DNA from: a virus
Taxonomy: Duplodnaviria; Caudoviricetes
Direction: 5' to 3' (one strand)
Length of the DNA: 58,489 nucleotides
Virus record (IMG/VR): IMGVR_UViG_3300032087_004351
Location: 1 to 58,489 of that record
The translations under genes and the position numbers were made by a program. Below are positions 33,401 through 39,952 of the stretch, one piece after another (within the stretch, counting starts at the first letter, position 1; every line of letters begins with the position of its first letter). The notes beneath the pieces are model-generated. The model was not told the origin of the DNA and ran no database searches. It was given only the letters and a program-made list of their open reading frames with translations.

Positions 33401-33585
33401 TGTAATGTTGCTTGGAAGATTGAATTGACGCAGTCAATGACTACGCTTTTGAGTTGTGGTGAAGTTTGTAAATGTTTCTTGAGTTGTCGTGTAGTTTCGG
33501 GTGCTACACGTTCGATGTGCTCTACTCGGATGCGGTAGTCCCCGTCGTATGGGTTAGCACTGAGAAGGTCGTTTACTCGTATCAT
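33397..33585 (-). CDS. Hypothetical protein
   Basis: 62 aa, ATGA-coupled to the next gene. Confidence 0.55.
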   Translation of the reverse strand: MIRVNDLLSANPYDGDYRIRVEHIERVAPETTRQLKKHLQTSPQLKSVVIDCVNSIFQATLQ

Positions 33586-33587
33586 GT

Positions 33588-33743
33588 TTAAAAGTTCTTA
33601 TGGAGGTACCCCGACAACATCAGTTGTTGTTTCACGTCTGAGGTTGGCGTCTTGAGGATTTTGCGTACACCCTCGTCTTCTGAGGCGAGCACGGGATCGA
33701 TATTGTATTGTTCGCAAAGGAACATGAAGTCATTGATTTTCAT
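33588..33743 (-). CDS. Small hypothetical protein (51 aa, not in ORF track)
   Basis: MKINDFMFLCEQYNIDPVLASEDEG...; start overlaps the stop of 33740..34387. Confidence 0.55.
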   Translation of the reverse strand: MKINDFMFLCEQYNIDPVLASEDEGVRKILKTPTSDVKQQLMLSGYLHKNF

Positions 33744-34387
33744 GATTCAAAGGTTACATTTTTGTCTAACCAATCTTTAAGGTCGTCGGCTACGTGGAAC
33801 GGGTTGTCGTAGCTATCAGACCCCTTGGGCTTGGGGATACGGAAAGCGTGCATCACGTAGTCGTCAACGTCGATGAAGGCGTGCTGGCGGTAGTACACAT
33901 CCGAGATGAAGTCCGTGAGCTGCTCAAGGTTGTTGATGGCATCTGTCGTGGTGTCCATGACATCACTTGATACACGAGCCACAAGTGACATACACAGAGG
34001 GGTGTAGTCCCATGCTTGGGTGGCTTCGAGTTGATTCCACGTCAACCAACATGACTCGGTAGACTCACCTCGGTTGGACATATCAAGCTCGATGACTTGG
34101 AATACCTCGACACTAACGTCGTCGCCATACTCTGCCACGTATTCGTCGTGGGTCATGTCTGACGGGACGCAAGCCTTGTAGTTGTCGTAGTCACGAGTCA
34201 TCGTGACGTACACCGCATCTTCGGTTGCGTGGTCGATGAGTACGCACATATCATCCTTGCGGTAGTCGTCAAGGATTTGAGCGATGTGTCTGTCTGCGAA
34301 ACCCCGCTTGGGGAAGAACTCGCAGGTGGTGTCGGAGTACCCTTCAAAGAGTCCTGCGACGGCGTGGATTACTGCATATTGTTTCAT
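33740..34387 (-). CDS. Hypothetical early protein
   Basis: 215 aa, preceded by the CAAACTTCAA leader motif. Confidence 0.65.
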   Translation of the reverse strand: MKQYAVIHAVAGLFEGYSDTTCEFFPKRGFADRHIAQILDDYRKDDMCVLIDHATEDAVYVTMTRDYDNYKACVPSDMTHDEYVAEYGDDVSVEVFQVIELDMSNRGESTESCWLTWNQLEATQAWDYTPLCMSLVARVSSDVMDTTTDAINNLEQLTDFISDVYYRQHAFIDVDDYVMHAFRIPKPKGSDSYDNPFHVADDLKDWLDKNVTFES

Positions 34388-34418
34388 GGTGTATTGAATT
34401 GAAGTTTGTAAAAATTAG

Positions 34419-34481
34419 AAGGGAGGTTGGGATTCGAACACAACTGCCATCCGTAGATGTACGCACCGACTGCGCTCCCTT
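34419..34481 (-). ncRNA. tRNA-like element lacking an anticodon loop
   Basis: AAGGGAG/CUCCCUU 7-bp outer stem; CGCA-GUCGG-UGCG arm; CAUC-UACG-GAUG arm; T-arm with GUUCGAAUC. Confidence 0.65.
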
Positions 34482-34534
34482 GATTGAGGTGGGGGTGTAG
34501 TGACGTTTCACCAAGCACCCCCGATGGTCAAACT

Positions 34535-34678
34535 TCAATCAACCAAATCCTCTTGTTCGTCTTGCCACTTGTCGTAGGCATCATCGACTGCGTTGTTCAA
34601 CGCCTCCGCCTCTGCTCGATCGATTGGTTGGCCGAACATCTCAAATATTTTCATCACTTCTTTTACAGGGTCTTTCAT
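34535..34678 (-). CDS. Small acidic protein (47 aa, not in ORF track)
   Basis: MKDPVKEVMKIFEMFG...EDLVD; ATGA-coupled to the upstream gene. Confidence 0.5.
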   Translation of the reverse strand: MKDPVKEVMKIFEMFGQPIDRAEAEALNNAVDDAYDKWQDEQEDLVD

Positions 34679-34872
34679 GCTAATTGTTTATGTGATTCCC
34701 AATAGTTAATTTCTTCGTCGTGGATGCGGAAGCTGCACGACTCTCCCATCGTGTCGTTCCACACCCTGTCTATCCACACTCCGTAGTCGTCTGGCGCTCC
34801 CATCACAACGGATGCGCTGAATCCAGATTCTTCAAGTGCTTCGACTGCGCGTTCGCACTGCTCTTGTGTCAT
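34675..34872 (-). CDS. Hypothetical early protein
   Basis: MTQEQCERAVEALEESG..., start reassigned; ATGA-coupled to a 40-aa ORF at 34869..34991. Confidence 0.55.
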   Translation of the reverse strand: MTQEQCERAVEALEESGFSASVVMGAPDDYGVWIDRVWNDTMGESCSFRIHDEEINYWESHKQLA

Positions 34873-34987
34873 TGTTCTTTCGGTTTGGTGTTGGTTAACT
34901 GCTCCGCAAGGGACTTGTTGTGCTTGATTAGTTCTGACTCTTCCATCTTGGAGAGTTCGACGATGTTGTTGAAGATGTCTTTGATGT

Positions 34988-35302
34988 TCATAGGTCAATG
35001 ATTACGCCCTTCTCTTCGAGGGCTTCGATTATATATTCAGGGAGTTCGAAGCATCCATCGTACCCCGTAAGGCGCACATCTCCGTTGTCATCCCAATAAA
35101 CTTCGAGGATGCCGCCTGCATAGAAGCGGTCACCTGACGTGTCAAGGTCGTATGTTTCGTACCATCCGCCATACTGATGGTCAGGGTCAATCCCAATAGA
35201 GGTGTCCATCTCCACGTTCAACTCTGCGTCAAGGTCTACGTCGTAGGCTGTCCGCATTGACACGAAGGGGAGTGTGCTTTTGAAGGAGTGTGTAAATTTC
35301 AT
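34988..35302 (-). CDS. Hypothetical early protein
   Basis: 104 aa with 'LTGYDGCFELP'; coupled to both neighbours. Confidence 0.6.
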   Translation of the reverse strand: MKFTHSFKSTLPFVSMRTAYDVDLDAELNVEMDTSIGIDPDHQYGGWYETYDLDTSGDRFYAGGILEVYWDDNGDVRLTGYDGCFELPEYIIEALEEKGVIIDL

Positions 35303-35529
35303 TGCTCTGAATTTTCGGCATCGTTAGCCCATTCAACAAGGGTGTCAATCACCGCATCCTTTGCGTCGTCGCTCATGAATGTGGAGTTGGAGACGAGAGA
35401 GGCCATGCCCTTCACGTCCTCGGGCACAAGCCGAGCGCACCGATTCAGGTCGTCGAGATGCTTTCCGAAGTGGAGGTCATTGAGTGCGAGCACTGCCGCA
35501 CCGACGGGGCGTTTGAAAAAGTTATCCAT
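35299..35529 (-). CDS. Hypothetical early protein
   Basis: MDNFFKRPV..., start reassigned. Confidence 0.5.
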   Translation of the reverse strand: MDNFFKRPVGAAVLALNDLHFGKHLDDLNRCARLVPEDVKGMASLVSNSTFMSDDAKDAVIDTLVEWANDAENSEQ

Positions 35530-35785
35530 TGTACTTGTCGTTGATTCGTTGTTGTGTTTCTTCGCAGCAGGCAATCCATGCCTCCATGTTTACGAAGGAG
35601 ATTTTGCCTTCCTCGCGGTCCTTTGCTGCCTGTTCGAGGATGACCTCTTTGTTTTCGAGGTAGTTGTCAAGGCCCTTTTGCAGGCAGTCGAGCACCACCA
35701 TCTGCACGAGTGCCCCGTGCTTGTTGTACCCAGTCATGAGGTGTTCCATGAACTCCCCGTTCGTCATTTGTTTGATGTTGTCCAT
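35522..35785 (-). CDS. Hypothetical early protein
   Basis: MDNIKQ... directly after a tandem CAAACTTCAA leader motif. Confidence 0.6.
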   Translation of the reverse strand: MDNIKQMTNGEFMEHLMTGYNKHGALVQMVVLDCLQKGLDNYLENKEVILEQAAKDREEGKISFVNMEAWIACCEETQQRINDKYNG

Positions 35786-35813
35786 CGGTTTTGAAGTTTG
35801 AAGTTTGACATTT

Positions 35814-35876
35814 GAGAGGTGTTGTATATATACTCTCTTCACTACGTTCAGAGAGAGTATATATACTAACACTCTC
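35814..35876 (-). repeat. Long hairpin element, copy 1
   Basis: 33-bp core 35829-35861 is identical to 37083-37115; flanked by inverted arms. Confidence 0.9.
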
Positions 35877-35878
35877 TA

Positions 35879-36067
35879 TTATTTGAAGTCACGAGTGGAG
35901 ATGCCGAGTTCGGTAAGGTCAAGGTAAATGTCCTCGTCGAAGGCGTCGCACACCAATGCGACAGCCTCGACGTCATCGGTGTAGTAGTAGTACTCGTATG
36001 CCTCCGCAAGTTCCTCGTGAGATAGGTCACGGAAGGGGTTGAACATATTGCTGAACTGAAACGTCAT
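35879..36067 (-). CDS. Small acidic early protein
   Basis: 62 aa, Asp/Glu/Tyr-rich. Confidence 0.55.
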   Translation of the reverse strand: MTFQFSNMFNPFRDLSHEELAEAYEYYYYTDDVEAVALVCDAFDEDIYLDLTELGISTRDFK

Positions 36068-36183
36068 GACTTGTTGTTTTTCAGGTTAATAGATTCGATG
36101 GCGTAACGGGAGAGCATGAACGCTCCTGTGATAAAGATACCGCATACAAGTGCGAGGTCAATGTAAATTACTGCTTGAAGCAT
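36064..36183 (-). CDS. Small single-TM peptide (39 aa, not in ORF track)
   Basis: MLQAVIYIDLALVCGIFITGAFMLSRYAIESINLKNNKS; leader motif upstream, ATGA overlap downstream. Confidence 0.6.
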   Translation of the reverse strand: MLQAVIYIDLALVCGIFITGAFMLSRYAIESINLKNNKS

Positions 36184-36206
36184 AGATTGAAGTTTGATGG
36201 TTTAAC

Positions 36207-36377
36207 TTATTGATTATCAACAACCTTGAAGCTGGTTGTCTTCACGGTCTGACTTGTGCCCAGCCACTTGTTTCGAGCTAGGTCTTTAGCCAACGCAAGG
36301 TGTTCAGCGTAGATGAAGTGCTCGGTCCAATCGTCGCGGTCACGGCCTCTGTAGGTAATGTATCTGTATTTGTTCAT
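36207..36377 (-). CDS. Hypothetical early protein
   Basis: MNKYRYITYRG..., ATGA-coupled to the upstream gene. Confidence 0.55.
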   Translation of the reverse strand: MNKYRYITYRGRDRDDWTEHFIYAEHLALAKDLARNKWLGTSQTVKTTSFKVVDNQ

Positions 36378-36739
36378 TTGAGTCTGATTTCTTCGTTGTT
36401 CCAAAGGTCGTAGATGGCAATCTCGTCGCGGTCCTTGCCCAAGGCGATCGCCTCTGCGCGGTCCTGCACGATGTCAGAGAGTTCGAGGTATGCAAATCCG
36501 TCGTTGTCAACCCATCCTCCGACGAGGAGCCGAGAAGCCTTGCCTCGTGCCTGCTCACGAAGATGAGCCATGATGTCGTAGGCAAAATCGTTCCAAGACA
36601 ACCTATCTGCCTTGACCGTGTAGCACTTGGACGCTCCGCCCACTGCGAAGCCACCACCTTCGTATGTGCTCAGGTCGTGCTTGACGCTGAACCCGTCCCA
36701 TGCTTGAATCTTGAAGTATAGCTCTTGAAGTTTGTTCAT
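36374..36739 (-). CDS. Hypothetical early protein immediately downstream of the hammerhead ribozyme
   Basis: MNKLQELYF...GGWVDNDGFAYLELSD...AIYDL; ATG follows the leader motif. Confidence 0.65.
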   Translation of the reverse strand: MNKLQELYFKIQAWDGFSVKHDLSTYEGGGFAVGGASKCYTVKADRLSWNDFAYDIMAHLREQARGKASRLLVGGWVDNDGFAYLELSDIVQDRAEAIALGKDRDEIAIYDLWNNEEIRLK

Positions 36740-36758
36740 CGTAAATGAATTGAAGTTT

Positions 36759-36812
36759 GACATAGACACCACCTTCGTGGTGTTTCGCGCACTCAGCGCT
36801 CATCAGTATGCC
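36759..36812 (-). ncRNA. Hammerhead ribozyme (type I topology)
   Basis: GGCAUA-CUGAUGA-GCGC-UGAGU-GCGC-GAAA-CACCAC-GAAG-GUGGUG-UC^UAUGUC: complete catalytic core, three stems and a GUC cleavage triplet. Confidence 0.93.
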
Positions 36813-36879
36813 TGCTCTCGAAGTAGTGGAGGACTACGCAAAGGATAGCCGCCCCGTAAATGACATACAAGTATGTCAT
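36793..36879 (-). CDS. Small single-TM peptide (28 aa, not in ORF track) overlapping the ribozyme
   Basis: MTYLYVIYGAAILCVVLHYFESRHTDER; ATGA-coupled to the upstream ORF. Confidence 0.55.
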   Translation of the reverse strand: MTYLYVIYGAAILCVVLHYFESRHTDER

Positions 36880-37025
36880 CGTGTTCCGATTAAATCGGCC
36901 AAGGTCATCTGTTCATCGCACGTCAGCTCGTCCCACTCGCTGGTGGACGTGATGGCGCTGAAGGGGAGAGAAGAGTCAAGGAGTTCAGCAATAAGCTGAC
37001 GGCGTGTATCTGCAAAGGTTTGCAT
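36876..37025 (-). CDS. Small early protein (49 aa)
   Basis: MQTFADTRRQLI... directly after the leader motif. Confidence 0.55.
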   Translation of the reverse strand: MQTFADTRRQLIAELLDSSLPFSAITSTSEWDELTCDEQMTLADLIGTR

Positions 37026-37066
37026 GAGAATTGAATTTGAAGTTTGACAATGAGAGAACGTTTCCA

Positions 37067-37129
37067 AGAGTGTCTTAGTATGTATACTCTCTTCACTACG
37101 TTCAGAGAGAGTATACATACAAGACCTCT
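37067..37129 (-). repeat. Long hairpin element, copy 2
   Basis: Same 33-bp core as copy 1; outer arms differ in sequence but still pair. Confidence 0.9.
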
Positions 37130-37136
37130 AATGGGT

Positions 37137-37229
37137 TTAGAAGTTGTGCCGTAGCTCAATCACAGCGAGGATGCAGAGCGTAGCTGCGAGCGGGAGGACC
37201 GCTCCGTAGTAAAAGATTTCAATAGTCAT
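37137..37229 (-). CDS. Small single-TM peptide (30 aa, not in ORF track)
   Basis: MTIEIFYYGAVLPLAATLCILAVIELRHNF; preceded by aattcatctacgATG. Confidence 0.6.
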   Translation of the reverse strand: MTIEIFYYGAVLPLAATLCILAVIELRHNF

Positions 37230-37239
37230 CGTAGATGAA

Positions 37240-37353
37240 TTAAAGGTCAAAGAAAAGTTCGATGGCTTCTCGAACAATCACGAAGGCACAGGGCACCAGC
37301 ACAAGAGCGCAGATGAACACGGGGACTGATTCAAAATAATCGTAAAAGTTCAT
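37240..37353 (-). CDS. Small single-TM peptide (37 aa, not in ORF track)
   Basis: MNFYDYFESVPVFICALVLVPCAFVIVREAIELFFDL; preceded by aattcatttacaATG. Confidence 0.6.
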   Translation of the reverse strand: MNFYDYFESVPVFICALVLVPCAFVIVREAIELFFDL

Positions 37354-37363
37354 TGTAAATGAA

Positions 37364-37876
37364 TTAGAGTTCAAAAGGAAGTTCGTCGATGCTGACGAAG
37401 TCAGCAGAAGAAGGAATCGTAGATTCCATCGCGACCGCTAGGCAGGCCGTGAGGGCTTCAATCTTCGCCTCAAGAGCTTCGATTCGGCTTGACTCGACTG
37501 CCTTCGCCTTGGCCTCTGCTCGCTTGGCCGCCTTGGCCGTGGCGCCAGTGTGCTCACTCACGGCCTTGGCTGAAGCGGCGGCTTTAGCTACGTTGGCCTT
37601 CTTGGCCTTCTTCGAAGGCTTCACAGGACCAACTTCGTTGGTTCGCATGGCGGCTCGGTCCATTTGGTCAGCAACCTTCTGAGCCGAAGTTCTCTTAGTC
37701 GTCTTACGACGACGGCGTGTGGTCTTCTTTGAAGACTCTTTGACCTCTTCGAGGTTGTTGATGAAGTCCAGCGCTTCTTGCAGAAGCTTCGCGGCTGCGG
37801 CCTTGCGGGCTGCGGTTGGACGGAAAGAAGCCTGATTTACTGCCTTACGGCAGTCTGAAAAATTGAAGTTGTTCAT
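37364..37876 (-). CDS. Lys/Ala-rich basic protein, first gene of the early arm
   Basis: 170 aa from ATG 37876 after the leader motif; histone-H1-like composition. Confidence 0.65.
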   Translation of the reverse strand: MNNFNFSDCRKAVNQASFRPTAARKAAAAKLLQEALDFINNLEEVKESSKKTTRRRRKTTKRTSAQKVADQMDRAAMRTNEVGPVKPSKKAKKANVAKAAASAKAVSEHTGATAKAAKRAEAKAKAVESSRIEALEAKIEALTACLAVAMESTIPSSADFVSIDELPFEL

Positions 37877-37927
37877 TGTAAATGAATTTGAAGTTTGACC
37901 TAAGGACCGACTCTCAAAATCCTTTAG

Positions 37928-37984
37928 GAGATAATAGATAGAAGAGAGAGTCATAGACTCCTCTCTCTCTTCTATCTATATCTC
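37928..37984. repeat. Long inverted repeat upstream of the first early gene
   Basis: atagatagaagagagag (37934-37950) pairs with ctctctcttctatctat (37963-37979). Confidence 0.85.
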
Positions 37985-38550
37985 TATTTCGGCAACACCT
38001 TATTCCTTTATCTAAGGATAAAGTAATAGATGAAGGGAAATCTCGGTAGTCGCAGGAAGCTAACAAGTTAGCTACGTAGGCTACTGCACTGCACACCGCT
38101 CCGCCAAGTAGATTTTGCTATTGATATTTGTATTGCTAATAGCTATGGCTATTAGAATTGTCAACACAAACTAGTTGGTTAGTGAGCAGTCAAGTTGGAG
38201 TAATACTCCAAGCCGATAGGTCGAAGGGTGTGATTGTCATTGCATTATACCTAGGACAACGTACAACTTCGTCGGAATCCATCGAGATTAAAGCATAGCT
38301 TTAATGCTTCAGTCATAAATGACTGGGTCTGAGGGTTCTAGGACAAAAAGCTACTTTAAAAAAGTAGCTCGATTGAGGGGAGGGGGGTCCGAAAACTCGT
38401 TTTCGATTAGGGGATGGTCGTCCTATATATACATATTATCCCCACCATATACATTACTCACAAATTTTTTGCGATCATGCGGATTTCGCCCAAAAATCCG
38501 CTAACTATTGCAGTCTCAATGCGTTATACGGTGCTATTAAAGTAAAACTT
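37985..38550. other. Non-coding divergence region with clustered palindromes (candidate genome end/origin)
   Basis: Strand switch point; at least seven short inverted repeats; G-rich run at about 38377-38387. Confidence 0.55.
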
Positions 38551-38578
38551 TAGGGTTGACTTTTAAAAATTTCTGTTA

Positions 38579-38586
38579 TAACTTTG
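38579..38586 (+). promoter_or_regulatory. -7 promoter box with upstream TTG (-33-like) at 38556
   Basis: TAACTTTG at the start of the + strand arm. Confidence 0.65.
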
Positions 38587-38597
38587 CGATCGTGAGA

Positions 38598-38975
38598 ATG
38601 AAACGGTTGTTTAGTGGGATGCTTGATGGCATCCACACGGATACGGTTCTCATATTCACTGTTAAATACGCGATAGCTGTACTTATGCCCCACCTAGTCA
38701 AGATATCTATAGAAGGATACAAGCGGTTCTCTCCAGATCGGGGGAACGACTGCAACATTATAGAGTCAAACAGGATATCTATGCGTGATGTCGATCACCC
38801 TGTGGTGGGTGTCGACAATCACGGGAACGTAAAGGTGATGTTCCCAGAGAGGGAGTACCGATTTACAGGAAGTCGCGTCCTTGAGATACCAGTAGATAGA
38901 GTATCTGATATGAATGAGTCCGACATCAAGGAAATGGCTATTAAAACAGCCAAGGACATGGGATTTCTCAAGTAA
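38598..38975 (+). CDS. Hypothetical protein
   Basis: ORF after the promoter; start uncertain. Confidence 0.5.
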   Translation: MKRLFSGMLDGIHTDTVLIFTVKYAIAVLMPHLVKISIEGYKRFSPDRGNDCNIIESNRISMRDVDHPVVGVDNHGNVKVMFPEREYRFTGSRVLEIPVDRVSDMNESDIKEMAIKTAKDMGFLK

Positions 38976-38986
38976 CTTTATAGTGT

Positions 38987-38994
38987 TATATTTG
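38987..38994 (+). promoter_or_regulatory. -7 promoter box
   Basis: TATATTTG, 4 nt before ATG 38999. Confidence 0.7.
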
Positions 38995-38998
38995 CCCC

Positions 38999-39952
38999 AT
39001 GGCAAAAGCTAGAAGAAAACTACGCAGACAGTTGATGAAGAAAGCCAAGAAAGGCTATCTGACTCCTGGTGAGCGTGAAGACTTGATGCAGCTCGACAGA
39101 GAGGTAAACAAAGCGAACAGACAGGCCGCCGCTGTAGGTGTACCTGCATTGGCTACGGCACTTGCCATAGCGTCTAAAAGCAATATGTATCAAGATTGGA
39201 GGTTTCAAAAGGATCTTGAGGAGGCGATTGAGAAGGGATTTATTAGTGTAGCTGACGATGATGAAGCTACCCCTAAAGAAGCGCCTACTGATGAAGCTAC
39301 CCCTAAAGAAACTCCTGAAGGTGTCTCTGACACCACCCCAACCGAAGGAAGTATTGATGATCAATTAAGAGGTATTCAGGAAAAAAACAATAAAAAGTTT
39401 ACTAGACCAGACTTTGTTCCTAGTAAACGTGACGAAGAGGAAGAAGATTATTTTGAAAAAGAAGCACTTCAGATACGTAGGGAGATGGATCGCTATTCGA
39501 ATTGGCCATACACGCCTGGAACTGAAGAACGACTTGGCGATATGAGCGGTGAAGAGTTAGCTCAAATGATGGCAATAAGGGAAACGGGACCGTATAATCT
39601 TCGCCCAGAAGAAGAAGATAAGTATCTTGACTATCTAGGCCTTGGTCAAGATCAGAGCAAGCCCCGCCCAACAAAAATGCAAAGGAGAATGATGAGGCGC
39701 GGATTTGATCCTGTAGAAGGTGAGTTTTATTCGAAAGAGTCTAATCCTGTTATGATTGGCTCACCTCGCCCAGAATCAAGACTAAAAGAACCCGAAATGC
39801 GTACACCTCCTTTTTCTCAAATGCGACCAGGCCAAGGAGAGGATATTATGGACCCTAACTTCGGCCAAATGCCGCAGAAAACGGGTGGGTATACACCGTT
39901 TCTCTCAAGCTTGAGAAACAAATTCCAAAAAAGACTTACAGGTAAAAGATAA
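38999..39952 (+). CDS. Hypothetical late protein, low complexity
   Basis: 317 aa; internal 22-bp duplication at 39259-39280 and 39289-39310 (DEATPKE twice). Confidence 0.6.
   Translation: MAKARRKLRRQLMKKAKKGYLTPGEREDLMQLDREVNKANRQAAAVGVPALATALAIASKSNMYQDWRFQKDLEEAIEKGFISVADDDEATPKEAPTDEATPKETPEGVSDTTPTEGSIDDQLRGIQEKNNKKFTRPDFVPSKRDEEEEDYFEKEALQIRREMDRYSNWPYTPGTEERLGDMSGEELAQMMAIRETGPYNLRPEEEDKYLDYLGLGQDQSKPRPTKMQRRMMRRGFDPVEGEFYSKESNPVMIGSPRPESRLKEPEMRTPPFSQMRPGQGEDIMDPNFGQMPQKTGGYTPFLSSLRNKFQKRLTGKR

Noticed and set aside
33605-33662. Hammerhead-like 'GAAACAACA-ACUGA-UGUUGUC' on the - strand
   Set aside because: The core reads CUCAAGA rather than CUGANGA, stems I and II do not form properly, and it lies inside a 51-aa ORF
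35829-37115. 33-bp repeats as a CRISPR mini-array
   Set aside because: Only two copies, about 1.25 kb apart, with genes between them and no spacer-sized intervals
39285-39330. CTGATGA...GAAA...GTC on the + strand
   Set aside because: No stem II and a mismatched stem III; explained by the coding duplication DEATPKE
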